In this document: piece after piece, positions 49,097-59,787 of the stretch | Numbering within the stretch: position 1 is the first letter of the stretch | Layout of the letters: each line of letters begins with the position of its first letter | NCBI GenBank assembly: GCA_039189765.1 | Contig: JBCCYL010000007.1 | Span: 32,001-96,000 of the forward strand | Length of the DNA stretch: 64,000 nt | Origin: Cyanobacteria bacterium P01_F01_bin.150 | Lineage (GTDB): Bacteria > Cyanobacteriota > Cyanobacteriia > CAKZMO01 | Direction: 5' to 3' | Translations under genes and position numbers: made by a program | The notes under the pieces: generated by a model | What the model saw: only the letters and a program-made list of their open reading frames with translations | What the model was told of the DNA's origin: nothing | The model's database searches: none

Positions 49097-50074
49097 ATGG
49101 AACTTCTACTAAAAAAACTTTGTACTCAGCCCCATAAAACAATAACTAAACAGTCAAGTAAAGGCTTTACTTTAATTGAACTGTTGGTCGTAGTCTTAAT
49201 CGCCGGGGGCATCATTTCTGGGTTGATGTTTATGGTAGTGGAGTTGTTAACCGCTGACCAAAAGGAAGCTTCCAAAAATCAGACTCAGCAGGAAATGCAG
49301 ATGGCAATGGACTACATCAGCGCTGAGTTACGAGAGGCGGTCTATGTTTACGATGCCAATTGTCTGGGCAGCACAGCAAATGGCAGCGCTGGCGATGCAG
49401 ATTATTGTCCAGGTCTGTATAATCATTTGCCTACAGGCTTGACAGATGGCGATACTACGCCAATCCTAGCCTTTTGGAAACAGGAGCAATTGCCTACAAC
49501 AGTTCGTGAGGCTTGTGGTGGTACCGGGACTTTGGTTGACGATACTCCCTGTATTGCTGGCCATGCCTATTCACTGGTGGTTTACTCAACGGACACAGCC
49601 AATAACACTACCTGGGATGGTAAATCTCGTATTACTCGCTATGCCTTAGATAAGTACAAAGTATCAGGGGCAACCTATTCAGAAACACCTGGGTATGTTG
49701 ATCCAGGTGCCTATGGTAATGAATTTAGAAGCTGGCCTTATTATCAGGGAATTGGGGATATCACCCAAGTGAATAAGCAAACTGGAACATTGGATGAAGG
49801 GACCGACGATGTGCTAGTCGATTTTGTCGATAGTGAGGCTTTAAATCCAGCTCCCACATGTCAGACCGGCTATAACTTGAGTACCAACGGGACCATTACT
49901 GGCTTTTATGGTTGCGTCAGTGATGGCGACGCAACCGATAACAATCGAGACATTATTCTGTCTCTGAGAGGTAATGCCTATGGGCGTCCAGCTATCAGTG
50001 GAGAGAAGTCATACTTGCCTATTATCGAGACCCATGTGCTGAGTCGTCCTGTTTTGAATAAATCTCCTAATTAG
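49097..50074 (+). CDS. hpsC: Type IV pilin-like protein HpsC
   Basis: GFTLIELLV, AMDYISAELREAVYVY, PILAFWK and LRGNA. Confidence 0.8.
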   Translation: MELLLKKLCTQPHKTITKQSSKGFTLIELLVVVLIAGGIISGLMFMVVELLTADQKEASKNQTQQEMQMAMDYISAELREAVYVYDANCLGSTANGSAGDADYCPGLYNHLPTGLTDGDTTPILAFWKQEQLPTTVREACGGTGTLVDDTPCIAGHAYSLVVYSTDTANNTTWDGKSRITRYALDKYKVSGATYSETPGYVDPGAYGNEFRSWPYYQGIGDITQVNKQTGTLDEGTDDVLVDFVDSEALNPAPTCQTGYNLSTNGTITGFYGCVSDGDATDNNRDIILSLRGNAYGRPAISGEKSYLPIIETHVLSRPVLNKSPN

Positions 50075-50109
50075 TCTTTAGATTCTGCACCATTATTCTA
50101 GGCACTGCT

Positions 50110-50721
50110 ATGACTTCATTTTTGCTCAAGTTTTTAATGGCGACGAGGCTTCAACCTGATCGTACGTTGAGTGACTCTTCTCCTATCAACCCATATTTCA
50201 AGACCAAGCAATTAAATGGCTCTTGCTCATCATCTAGTGGATTTTCTTTACTGGAAATGATTGTGATTGTCGTAATTGTAGGCGTTCTGGCCGCGATCGC
50301 TGCTCCCAGTTGGTTGGGTATGGCCAATCGACAGCGTGTAAATACAACCCGTAATGAAGTCCTCCAGGCTATTCGCACCACTCAAAGCACTGCTAAGCAG
50401 AGACGTCGGCCTCAAGAGTTGGGATTTACACAGGATGGGACAAATGATTTGCCAACCATCACTTTGGGGGGAGTTTCCACTGAGTTGGGGAGTGGAAACT
50501 TGAAAGCAGATATGGTCAATATGAACGTGACGGATGGTGGTGGAAATGCATTGTCTATCCTTGAGTTTAGAGAAGACGGTACGCTGGAAACAGAGGATCC
50601 CGCAGTCACGCTACCTGTCAAGATTGTCTTCACCGCGACAAATGGGAGAACCAAGCGTTGTTTATTGGTTGAAACGTTATTGGGAAGCGTCAGATCTGAA
50701 TCGGACGACGATTGTTTATAA
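50110..50721 (+). CDS. Type IV pilin-like (FimT/HpsD-like) protein
   Basis: GFSLLEMIVIVVIVGVLAAIAAPSW and C-terminal KRCLLVETLLG...C. Confidence 0.85.
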   Translation: MTSFLLKFLMATRLQPDRTLSDSSPINPYFKTKQLNGSCSSSSGFSLLEMIVIVVIVGVLAAIAAPSWLGMANRQRVNTTRNEVLQAIRTTQSTAKQRRRPQELGFTQDGTNDLPTITLGGVSTELGSGNLKADMVNMNVTDGGGNALSILEFREDGTLETEDPAVTLPVKIVFTATNGRTKRCLLVETLLGSVRSESDDDCL

Positions 50722-50723
50722 GC

Positions 50724-51107
50724 TTATATTGAGTCAAGCAATCTGCTGTCAACGTTTTCAACTTGCGCCACAATATCGTCTGTTTGTGGCGACAGAGGTG
50801 GGTTAATCTCCACTTTGACCACCGTGTCCATATTAATCAGCACTGACTTTCCCTGTAACTGTAGGACCCACCAATCTTTCCCCAAAAGGTGACGGACATG
50901 GTGCTGAAATAAATCAGGTGAATTTATTGTTTGGTCAGCTGATTGAGATGTGGCTGGCTGTGACGGTGACTGTGATGATGAGGGTTGAAGGGATTCATAG
51001 ACCGTAAATGACTCGTTGCGGCCATCCAGGTAATGAAATGTGAGTTCGGTGGCGATCGCCTGGCTTCCATTCCTTTTAGTTATATTAGTTATATTCTTCT
51101 GGCTCAT
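50724..51107 (-). CDS. Hypothetical protein, probably co-transcribed with thiS
   Basis: 127-aa ORF starting 6 nt after the thiS stop, with GAGG upstream. Confidence 0.65.
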   Translation of the reverse strand: MSQKNITNITKRNGSQAIATELTFHYLDGRNESFTVYESLQPSSSQSPSQPATSQSADQTINSPDLFQHHVRHLLGKDWWVLQLQGKSVLINMDTVVKVEINPPLSPQTDDIVAQVENVDSRLLDSI

Positions 51108-51113
51108 AGCGCC

Positions 51114-51326
51114 TCAACCTCCACCGACAATGGTGACAATTTCAAGGCGATCGCCCTCTTGTATTGCGGTCTTGTCCCAAAATTGTCGATGCAAAATTTC
51201 ACCGTTGTATTCTACTGCTACCAACCGTGGATTCATTCCTAATGATTCTAGGAAGTGGGGCAGTGTGACATTGGCAGAACAGCTTTTCGCCTTGCCATTT
51301 ACGATCAGAGAAATTGTATTAGACAT
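51114..51326 (-). CDS. thiS: Sulfur carrier protein ThiS
   Basis: VNG, VAVEYNGEI and C-terminal EIVTIVGGG. Confidence 0.95.
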   Translation of the reverse strand: MSNTISLIVNGKAKSCSANVTLPHFLESLGMNPRLVAVEYNGEILHRQFWDKTAIQEGDRLEIVTIVGGG

Positions 51327-51435
51327 TTACTGTTTAGTTTATGTTGTGGGTATCAACTTTATGTGGGTAGTAGGTGGGATGTTCTATAGCATTTTCGGTC
51401 AAAATTGTTCATGCATAAACGCATAAACGCTGCTG

Positions 51436-51493
51436 GTGGGCAATGCCCACCCTACACGAGCTGATGGGCCACGTTCGTTTTGCTTATCCTACG
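51436..51493 (+). repeat. REP-like palindromic element, copy 3
   Basis: ggtgggcaatgcccaccctac followed by cgttcgttttgcttatcctac, the tail shared with copies 1 and 2. Confidence 0.7.
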
Positions 51494-51524
51494 CGAAATT
51501 GGTATGTTACTTTCCCACAAGTCC

Positions 51525-52652
51525 CTAATTTTGCATTGCCTTAGAACGAAGTTTGCCATGAACTAACTGGGAAAGGCAGTATTGGGTCAACATCGTAGGA
51601 TTTTCTGCCTGCATAATTGCTCGCACCATGGCCACACGGTCCGCGCCTGCCCCAATCACATCCGTTAGATTATCGGCATTGACACTGCCGATGGCGTACC
51701 AAGGAACGGTGGCATGAGTAGCCGCATAGCTGACATAGTCTAAGCCTGCTGCTGCTTTTCCGGGTTTCGTCGGCGTTTCATATACCGGTCCTACACCAAT
51801 GTAGTCCGCACCTTCTTTAATCGCTCGCTCCATTTCATCTGGATTCGTTGTGGAACGACCAATGATGCGATTCGTCCCCAACAATTGACGAGCTATAGCA
51901 ATGGGCAAGTCCTGTTGGCCAAGATGAACACCATCCGCATCAACAGCCAACGCCAAATCCACTCGGTCGTTGACAATAAACAGCGCATCATATTGGTGGC
52001 ATAAATGCTTGAGCTTGTCGGCTAGGGAATATCGAATAATATCGTCTTCCTCCTTAGCACGATACTGTACCAGCTTTAGTCCTCCTTGGAGGGCTGCATC
52101 TACTACCGATAGCAGATTATCGTGGGGAGAAGTGACCAGATAAAGTTGGGCCTGGAGCAATTTTTGATGACGATGGGACCCCATCAGCTCACTCTCTAGT
52201 GTGTATACCTGATAGCGCATTTGTTTACATGCGTCTCCCATCTCGGGGCGATAAAGCTTGCCATATTCTTCTAAAACCCTTAGCGCTTCTTGTACTCGAC
52301 AAAAATTAGCCTGCAAAACGTGGGTTAGACTAGGGCGACTTCTTTCTTGGGCATGGGTCAGCTCAGTTCCCGGATCGCCAGGGGTATTCCGGGCCGCTCG
52401 AATTTCTGGAGTATGCCAGAGGGCGATCGCCTGTCGCAGTTCTTTACACTGCTCGGTTAAATGGGATTGATTCAGACCAAATCTGCACCATTCTTCAACG
52501 ATGCGAAGCCCCTCCCTGGCTCGATCCAAGTTGGCATCTAAAATACGACACACGGCTGCTTCTAGATAAGCATCGGTATTATCGATGCTATGAATAGAGC
52601 TATGGCTATGGTTATGATTATGGCTAGTTTCAGTCACTTGTTCTGCCATCAA
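51525..52652 (-). CDS. thiE: Thiamine-phosphate synthase (cyanobacterial long form)
   Basis: N-terminal RILDANLDRAREGLR domain; VQYRAK, NDRVD, GVHLGQQD and GPVYETPTK. Confidence 0.95.
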   Translation of the reverse strand: MMAEQVTETSHNHNHSHSSIHSIDNTDAYLEAAVCRILDANLDRAREGLRIVEEWCRFGLNQSHLTEQCKELRQAIALWHTPEIRAARNTPGDPGTELTHAQERSRPSLTHVLQANFCRVQEALRVLEEYGKLYRPEMGDACKQMRYQVYTLESELMGSHRHQKLLQAQLYLVTSPHDNLLSVVDAALQGGLKLVQYRAKEEDDIIRYSLADKLKHLCHQYDALFIVNDRVDLALAVDADGVHLGQQDLPIAIARQLLGTNRIIGRSTTNPDEMERAIKEGADYIGVGPVYETPTKPGKAAAGLDYVSYAATHATVPWYAIGSVNADNLTDVIGAGADRVAMVRAIMQAENPTMLTQYCLSQLVHGKLRSKAMQN

Positions 52653-52799
52653 ATCCCCTCTTTAAACATGAAATCCGCCTTTCTCTATTACAATATCGCA
52701 ACAGTCTTTAAAAAACTTAGCTCAATACCCGGTTCAAACTGAACAAAGTCAGGCAAAATATAACACCATTACAACTTTTTACGCCCCGGGATTGGACCT

Positions 52800-54935
52800 A
52801 TGGCTTTGCAAAATTCTTTGACTGCGTTGATAATCAAGCGATACGTGTGGGCAACTCTATGGGCAATTCTGGGGGCCAGTTTTGGCTTCTCTATGGGAGG
52901 GTGGCCTTCAATTGCACAGGCTTTAGAGTTGGATATTGTGACTGAAGAAGGGGCACAGGTAGCCTCTAGTCATCCTTCAATCCATGCCTCATCTACTCTA
53001 TTGTTTGTACATCCAGCTATTGGTGATGATGAAAGTGGAGCAGGCACTCAGCGATCGCCTCTACGCTCCCTAACCCGTGCCTTAGATGTGGCAGAAGTTG
53101 GCACAATTATTATGCTTTCTCCAGGCATCTATAACGCTGATAATGGAGAACAGTTTCCAATTCAACTCAAGTCCGGTGTGATAGTCCAAGGAGACCCTAA
53201 TCATTTAGGTGAGGGAATTCTCATCCAGGGGGGCGGGCGATTTGTAAGTCCGGCGTTTGCAGGGCAAGATGTAGCACTATTAGGTGCTGATGACGCTGTA
53301 TTGAGGGGAGTGACCGTAACGAATCCCAATCATCGTGGCTATGGTCTTTGGATTGAATCCACCAGTCCCATCGTAGAACGCAATACTTTTAGTTATAGCG
53401 TCCACGATGGAGTATCCATTACAGGAGATAGCCAAGCCATGGTTCAGGGCAATCACTTTTATCGCAATGGTGCAAATGGAATCACTATTTATGGCACCAG
53501 CCAACCTGAAATTCAGGGTAACGTATTTGAAGATACTGGTTTTGGCATCAATATGGGCCAAAAGGCCGCTCCCTATTTAATGGATAATCGATTGTGGAAT
53601 AATCGATCTGGCATTGTAGTGCAAGGAGAATCTAGGCCAATATTGCGACGCAATGTGGTGGAGTTTAATGAACAAGATGGGTTAGTGGCGATCGCTGATT
53701 CTCGACCTGATCTTGGCTTGAGCGATGATCCAGGACAAAATCGCTTCAGCGACAATGGCCAAGCAGACATTAATGCTGAAGTCGCTGTGCATCCCATTAT
53801 TGCAGTTGGAAATACTCTTGACCTAAGCCGAGTATTGGGACAGGTGCAAACGACAATGCCACAAAATCGAATTGCCAGCTTTCCACGTTCATTGCAGCCC
53901 TCAACATTGACCACTGATTTGGAATTAGCTCCAGACCCATTCCCACATATACAATCAGAGCGAGCACTGCCAAAAGCAGATGCAGATGTAGATGCAGATG
54001 CATCTGCAGATGTAGAAATATCGCTTGAAATAGAGTCAGGAGGATCGCTGGATACCCAGCATCTAGATGCATTGATAGATATAATGCAGGACGGGCGACC
54101 AGAAGTGCCAGTAATGTCGTCATTGACGGATGTAGATGTGCCAATATTGCCTAGAGCCAGTTCTTCTAGGGAAGAAAATGTTGCTCCGGAAATTACTATT
54201 GCTGCACCCACTGTGGATAAGCTGCCAGAGTCACCATTGGAGCCAACACAAGAACTAACGGTAATAGGGTCTGATTTGGCAGGGGTTGACCAGGATGTAA
54301 CCCCAACCATCAATAGTGACCTGGAGGAGGGGGGCGTTGAGATTCCAATTATTTTTCCTGGAGAAAATCGATCTAATCCTTTACTAAACCTTTTATCGTT
54401 ATCGAGCCTTGAATCAACTAATAACAATGTTACATCCCAAGAAGCAAGCGCCATCAATAGAGCCGCTCCCGAGACTTTTCTTGAGGACTTTGAGCGAAAA
54501 GATACAGCTCCTGACTTGTTACCATCTGTGGCGATACCTGCAACATCCGCCCCATTTCCTTCTAATCCTGCTAGTCCTTCAATTCCAGACAATCTTTTGC
54601 CTGTACCTGGAATATTAGTGCCAGAAGGGCATTTAGGGAACCTGTCAACGTTGCCTGTGCAATCGACTGCGTTGAATACTGCACTTCTAGCCGCTACTCC
54701 ATTTAATCCTACATCTACTCGCACTAATGAGCTGCGGTATCGTGTATTGGTGGAAGTTGATAGTCACGACGCAAGGGTTCTAGTTAACTCTATCGCTCCT
54801 GACGCATTCTTTACCCAGGTGCGAGGACGCTCAATGATGCAGATTGGAGCTTATCATCAGTTTAATAATGCCAATGACATTGCGTATCAGCTAGTTGAAC
54901 AGGGGTTACAGGTTGAGGTACAGAGAATCGACTGA
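52800..54935 (+). CDS. DUF1565 / right-handed beta-helix exported protein with a small SPOR-like C-terminal domain
   Basis: Signal peptide AQA, GDDESGAGTQRSPLRSLTRAL, GEQFPI, parallel beta-helix repeats and C-terminal YRVLV...MQIGAY. Confidence 0.82.
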   Translation: MALQNSLTALIIKRYVWATLWAILGASFGFSMGGWPSIAQALELDIVTEEGAQVASSHPSIHASSTLLFVHPAIGDDESGAGTQRSPLRSLTRALDVAEVGTIIMLSPGIYNADNGEQFPIQLKSGVIVQGDPNHLGEGILIQGGGRFVSPAFAGQDVALLGADDAVLRGVTVTNPNHRGYGLWIESTSPIVERNTFSYSVHDGVSITGDSQAMVQGNHFYRNGANGITIYGTSQPEIQGNVFEDTGFGINMGQKAAPYLMDNRLWNNRSGIVVQGESRPILRRNVVEFNEQDGLVAIADSRPDLGLSDDPGQNRFSDNGQADINAEVAVHPIIAVGNTLDLSRVLGQVQTTMPQNRIASFPRSLQPSTLTTDLELAPDPFPHIQSERALPKADADVDADASADVEISLEIESGGSLDTQHLDALIDIMQDGRPEVPVMSSLTDVDVPILPRASSSREENVAPEITIAAPTVDKLPESPLEPTQELTVIGSDLAGVDQDVTPTINSDLEEGGVEIPIIFPGENRSNPLLNLLSLSSLESTNNNVTSQEASAINRAAPETFLEDFERKDTAPDLLPSVAIPATSAPFPSNPASPSIPDNLLPVPGILVPEGHLGNLSTLPVQSTALNTALLAATPFNPTSTRTNELRYRVLVEVDSHDARVLVNSIAPDAFFTQVRGRSMMQIGAYHQFNNANDIAYQLVEQGLQVEVQRID

Positions 54936-55128
54936 TCTCTACTACAGTTGAGCAACCACACTGTCTAGTGAACATGTGAATCAGCAGGCGTCGTAGCCCA
55001 TCATAAAGACATCTGTCAGACAATATACCAAATGTGTGGTAATGAGCGTCTTGCCTGTTACCACACACTTGAGGTATCCAACTTTTATTATTGACAGTTC
55101 CCTTCCCTAAGCTGTATTGCTTAGACCC

Positions 55129-55905
55129 CTAAAAACATGTGGGTTGATGTCGGATAAGGTTTAGGAACTCTTCACGGGTCTTTTGATCCTCTTGGAAAGA
55201 ACCCATCATGGAACTAGTAACAGTCCAAGAGCCAGGTTTTTGAACCCCACGCATTACCATACACATGTGTGATGCTTCCATTACTACAGCAACGCCTTGG
55301 GGTTGTAACACTTGTTGCAGGGCTTCAGCTACCTGACGCGTCAGGCGCTCTTGTACCTGAAGACGACGGGAGTACATTTCTACGATGCGGGCAAGCTTAC
55401 TCAATCCAACAACTTTCTGATTAGGAATGTAGGCTACGTGGGCTCGCCCCATAAAGGGCAGCATATGGTGCTCACACAAGCTAAAGAAGTTGATATCTCG
55501 GACTAAGACCATTTCGTTATGACCTTCGTCGAAAATCGCACCATTGATTAGCTCTTCCAGTGATTGATTATATCCACTGGTCAAGAAACGCATCGCTTCT
55601 GCAACGCGCTTAGGAGTTTTCAACAACCCTTCTCGCTCAGGATCTTCTCCAACACCCACAAGTAACTCATGAACCGCCCCCATCATCCGTTCCTTGGTCT
55701 CATCGGAGGGGTGGCCTGGATTAACTTCACGACCATTGGCCGTATTACGATCAGGACGCGATACCACTTGGCTGAGCGAGTCATTGGATTCAAGCCTAAT
55801 AGAGCTTGTATTTAGCACTATATTTGAACCATTAGAAGAACCATTCGGTAATTTTGGGGAGGAACCGTTAGAAGGAATAGTCATAGTAAGTGTCGTGTGA
55901 TACAT
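55129..55905 (-). CDS. folE: GTP cyclohydrolase I; likely start near 55884
   Basis: [41 protein letters not shown] and HMCMVMRG. Confidence 0.97.
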   Translation of the reverse strand: MYHTTLTMTIPSNGSSPKLPNGSSNGSNIVLNTSSIRLESNDSLSQVVSRPDRNTANGREVNPGHPSDETKERMMGAVHELLVGVGEDPEREGLLKTPKRVAEAMRFLTSGYNQSLEELINGAIFDEGHNEMVLVRDINFFSLCEHHMLPFMGRAHVAYIPNQKVVGLSKLARIVEMYSRRLQVQERLTRQVAEALQQVLQPQGVAVVMEASHMCMVMRGVQKPGSWTVTSSMMGSFQEDQKTREEFLNLIRHQPTCF

Positions 55906-56091
55906 TTAATAAACAAAGAGACTCGAAATGAACCCCCGTAAAACCATTGAGCTATTTACCCGATGGCACATAGCATCCGTGCTACTCGCACTAGTTTTCA
56001 GCAGCCATGGAAATTCCATGCTGTACTCAGACATGCATTTGCAAATCAACAATTTCGCTCTCTAAGGCAGATGATACGTAGCATATTGGTA

Positions 56092-56907
56092 TTACAATGC
56101 CCCTGCACTGGGCATAATAGTGATATCTTCGATAACGGCATAGGATGGTAAAGAAACAGCATGTAAAATAGTTTGTGCAACTGTTTCTGGCGATAGCATC
56201 CCGGAGCGATCAAAGTCTGATTGAACAGTTTCTGTGTCCCAAATAGGAGTATTGACGGCTCCCGGACACACGATTACGGAACGAATACCATTACCCCGCT
56301 CCTCTACGGTGATGGTTTTGGACAAGGCAATAAGGCCCGCCTTACTAACGCTGTAGGCTCCCCAGCCTGGAAATGATTGACGACCTGCAATAGACGCAAC
56401 ATTGACAATCAATCCTTGATTCAGTTCTCGCATGGAGGGAATCACAGCCTGTAGCACTTGAAAAACGCTGGTTAAGTTTAGCTCCAACACTCGCTGCCAA
56501 TCTGATAATGGCGTGTCCATTAATTCCCCTGTATACCCCATACCTGCGCTGTTAATCAGAAGATCAACCGGACCACAGTCATTAACAATGCCATGAATTG
56601 CCGATTTCACCTGTTCTACTTTATCAAGATCAATACAGTAAAAGCGAGCATCAACGCCAATCGCACGGGTCGCCTCAACAACAGCAACTAGCCTTTCCTT
56701 CGAACGTCCAACTAGTGCAAGTGGAATATTAGCCTTTGCTAGGGCCAGAGCAGTGGCCTTGCCAATGCCACTACTTGCTCCCGTGATTAAAGCGCGACGA
56801 TAAGTCGAATCGAGCATGAAGATAGTTAGAAAGATGTTTAGATTAGAGAGACTGTAGCAAGCACAACATGTAAACACGCCAACAGGAGCGGACAATAACT
56901 GGTACAC
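56092..56907 (-). CDS. SDR-family oxidoreductase; likely start near 56817
   Basis: TGASSGIG, INSAG, YSVSK and PGAVNT. Confidence 0.92.
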   Translation of the reverse strand: MYQLLSAPVGVFTCCACYSLSNLNIFLTIFMLDSTYRRALITGASSGIGKATALALAKANIPLALVGRSKERLVAVVEATRAIGVDARFYCIDLDKVEQVKSAIHGIVNDCGPVDLLINSAGMGYTGELMDTPLSDWQRVLELNLTSVFQVLQAVIPSMRELNQGLIVNVASIAGRQSFPGWGAYSVSKAGLIALSKTITVEERGNGIRSVIVCPGAVNTPIWDTETVQSDFDRSGMLSPETVAQTILHAVSLPSYAVIEDITIMPSAGAL

Positions 56908-57119
56908 TCAGTCAATGAAACAGTCAGCAAACGCTACGTAAACCAATATTCAGTCTTATACCCTACAGCCAACAAGTCCTTAAATAGTTTAGGCAATGTA
57001 AACATTTATGTCAAAGAATTATAGCACTATAAGATAATCCTTTTTTTGACTCAATAGAATTATCATTAATTCTCACCTTTGTCCAAGTGGATCTTGAGCA
57101 CTGTAATTGACTGCTCAAG

Positions 57120-58103
57120 CTAAGCTACAGCCTCAGTGAATCGACCAATTTTACGAAACTTTTGGTAACGGTGATCTCTGCGCTGTTGTCCAGTCATCTG
57201 ATTCAAGTCAGATAGATTTTGAACAAGAGCCTCTTTGAGAGTTGCTGCGGCGTGGAGCGGATCAGAATGAGTTCCACCGATGGGTTCAGGAAGGATCTGA
57301 TCTAAGATATCTAGACTGAGTAAGTCTGTCGCAGTAATTCGCAGGGCTTCCGCAGCCTCTGCGGCTTTTCCTGCATCCTTCCATAGAATCGCTGCGCAAG
57401 CTTCCGGACTTGCCACAGTGTAAACAGAATGCTCAAACATCATCAGACGATCACCCACACCAATTCCTAATGCGCCCCCGGAGCCTCCTTCCCCAATGAC
57501 GGTGCAAATAATAGGAACATCCAAACGGAACATTTCCCGTAAGTTGTAGGCGATTGCCTCTCCCTGCCCAAACTGTTCGGCTTCCAGGCCAGCCCAAGCA
57601 CCGGGAGTATCAATGAGAGTAATGATAGGCATCCCAAATCGATTTGCATGGTTCATTAATCGCATGGCCTTGCGATAGCCCCCTGGAGAGGCCATGCCAA
57701 AGTTTCTCAACACGTTATCTTTGGTATCTCGGCCCTTCTGATGTCCCAGAACCATCACGGGTTGGCCATCTAAACGGGCGATACCGCCCACCAAAGCAGG
57801 ATCGTCAGTACCGCTTCCACGATCACCATGAAGCTCGATCCACTCGTCGCTGATTGCTTGAATATAATCAAGAGTACTGGGACGACGGGGATGGCGAGCG
57901 ACTTGCAGGCGTTGGGCTGGAGTCAAGCTGCTGAAAATCTCTTGACGAAGTTGAGCTGCCCTTGCTTCCAACTGCTGAATTTGGTCCGAAACATCAACAT
58001 CATTTTCATCTGCTAGATCATGAATCTGAAGAATGCGTTTCTCCAGTTCAGCCAAGGGCTTTTCAAAATCTAGTAGGATTGGTTTTCGTTCCTTTGTGGC
58101 CAT
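57120..58103 (-). CDS. accA: Acetyl-CoA carboxylase carboxyltransferase subunit alpha
   Basis: [38 protein letters not shown] and [11 protein letters not shown]. Confidence 0.97.
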   Translation of the reverse strand: MATKERKPILLDFEKPLAELEKRILQIHDLADENDVDVSDQIQQLEARAAQLRQEIFSSLTPAQRLQVARHPRRPSTLDYIQAISDEWIELHGDRGSGTDDPALVGGIARLDGQPVMVLGHQKGRDTKDNVLRNFGMASPGGYRKAMRLMNHANRFGMPIITLIDTPGAWAGLEAEQFGQGEAIAYNLREMFRLDVPIICTVIGEGGSGGALGIGVGDRLMMFEHSVYTVASPEACAAILWKDAGKAAEAAEALRITATDLLSLDILDQILPEPIGGTHSDPLHAAATLKEALVQNLSDLNQMTGQQRRDHRYQKFRKIGRFTEAVA

Positions 58104-58260
58104 AGTTGGGTGGATTAGATAGCAACACGCTTAATTTGCCAGTACACAAAATACCTATGTAGCTGACCTGTGCAATTATGCCACATTGCCTATCCATTCG
58201 TCTGACGAAGAGACCCCTAAGAGCCTCTCTAGCTAAAAGTAGAGGGCAGAAGGCAGAAGA

Positions 58261-58336
58261 ACCCACCCCTAGCCCCTCCCAGGAGGGGGACCGGAGTAGC
58301 TCAGCTCCCTAACTCCCTAACTCCACAACTCCCTAA
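58261..58336. repeat. Palindromic CCCCT...GGGA repeat followed by a short octamer tandem repeat
   Basis: cccctccc-a-ggaggggg-accggagt, then CTCCCTAA four times (one copy CTCCACAA) at 58305-58336. Confidence 0.65.
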
Positions 58337-58704
58337 ACATCTAAATCTGGACGTAGATCCTTTGCTCCGCGTAGGTAGATGTGATGAACTGAAGGGTCTG
58401 ACTTTAAGGAATTTAGCGTTAACATGACTCGAATGCAATGCTTCAAGCTGCCTTGTACTGCCATATGCTGTACATCCAAAAGGGGAACTGTTTCCCAGTT
58501 GGGGCGCCTACGGGCAATGGCCGCTGGGAAAATCGCATCAATATCGCTGGTCACTGAAAATGTGACATTTACAATGGCGCTAGTGTCTAGCTGATTTCTA
58601 TCTTCCAGGATGTCCAGCAATTCTATAACGGCAGCCTCTATGGCTTCTACTGTATTTTCAGATACCGTGGTCGCACCTCGAATGGCCCGAACTATCCGTT
58701 CCAC
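58333..58704 (-). CDS. aroH: Chorismate mutase, AroH class
   Basis: VRAIRGATT, FPAAIAR, CIRVM and IYLRGAKDLRPD; GGAGG RBS before a GTG start. Confidence 0.95.
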   Translation of the reverse strand: MERIVRAIRGATTVSENTVEAIEAAVIELLDILEDRNQLDTSAIVNVTFSVTSDIDAIFPAAIARRRPNWETVPLLDVQHMAVQGSLKHCIRVMLTLNSLKSDPSVHHIYLRGAKDLRPDLDV

Positions 58705-58968
58705 ACTATTTTCCTCCGCTCCCTAAAAATGACGGTACAACAGCATGTCTTACCCTGTCATTTTTAGATTGAATATTACCTATACAACTATAATTTATGG
58801 CTTAACTTTTAAATCCTTCAATAACACATCAGCAAGACGCAATGAGCCTGGCAGCACTGTACGGCTTACTTGCGTTGTTTTTTCATAATGCCGCAGCCAG
58901 TGCAGATATTGTATTTGAGCTAAATTATAGGCTAGGCATCAGAAAACATATTTTTCAGCAGTGCCCTA

Positions 58969-59787
58969 TCAAGGGCGATAGAGCCATAGAGGTAATCCAT
59001 TTGTTCTTAGTTCAAACTCCATCCAGTCTATCCCCGCAGATAGCTGAGTTCGCCCCTGATTATTGGGCAGCAGTCGACTTAACAGAGATTTGGGTTCTTC
59101 AAAGTTGTAGCATTCTGTTTTCTCGGGATCTAAGTCTGCCAGTTCTGCAGCCCAGCGGCGAGCGTCTTCTTCTGTCCCCAGACGATCTACTACCCCTAGA
59201 TTTAAGGCCTGGGCACCTGTGAAGATGCGACCATCGGCAAATTCTTTTACTGTTTCAACAGGCAATCCCCGACCCGTTGCTACTGTTTGGACAAATTGCT
59301 CATAGCTGCTATCTATGAGATCTTGTAAAATCCCTTCCTCTGCTGATGTTAGCTGTCGATCAAAGGACAGAATATCTTTGTAGGGACCAGATTTAATCAC
59401 TTTGAACGAAACCCCTACTTTCTCCAGCAGGCGCTCTAAATTGTTGCCCCTCAAAATCACGCCAATGCTTCCAGTGATGGTGCCAGGATTGGCCACAATG
59501 TGGGGTGCTCCCATGGCAATGTAGACTCCACCAGAAGCCGAAATATTGCCAAAACTAACGACGATTTTGACTTTTTCTTGTAAACGTTTTAATGCCTCGT
59601 AAATTTCTTGGGAATCACTTACTGTTCCACCGGGACTATCAATTCTCAGCAATAGAGCTGGGAATTTCTTGTCTTCTACTTCTTTCAGGGCGCCTAAGAC
59701 TCGCTTACGCGTTCCGCTGGCGATCGCTCCCGTCACTTCAATACGGGCAATCTTCTTTTTAAACCGTGGCTTGAAGGGCCAAATCAT
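58969..59787 (-). CDS. sppA: Signal peptide peptidase SppA (short form)
   Basis: LRIDSPGG, SASGGVY, TGSIGV, KSGPYKD and DGRIFTG. Confidence 0.95.
   Translation of the reverse strand: MIWPFKPRFKKKIARIEVTGAIASGTRKRVLGALKEVEDKKFPALLLRIDSPGGTVSDSQEIYEALKRLQEKVKIVVSFGNISASGGVYIAMGAPHIVANPGTITGSIGVILRGNNLERLLEKVGVSFKVIKSGPYKDILSFDRQLTSAEEGILQDLIDSSYEQFVQTVATGRGLPVETVKEFADGRIFTGAQALNLGVVDRLGTEEDARRWAAELADLDPEKTECYNFEEPKSLLSRLLPNNQGRTQLSAGIDWMEFELRTNGLPLWLYRP

Noticed and set aside
52653..52799. TPP riboswitch upstream of thiE
   Set aside because: The intergenic region is short and divergent and lacks the CTGAGA...CCTGA...GGGA pattern.
53573..54724. 383-aa antisense ORF
   Set aside because: It lies entirely opposite the DUF1565 gene and has no motifs, so it is a shadow ORF. 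The same applies to the other short nested ORFs in the track.
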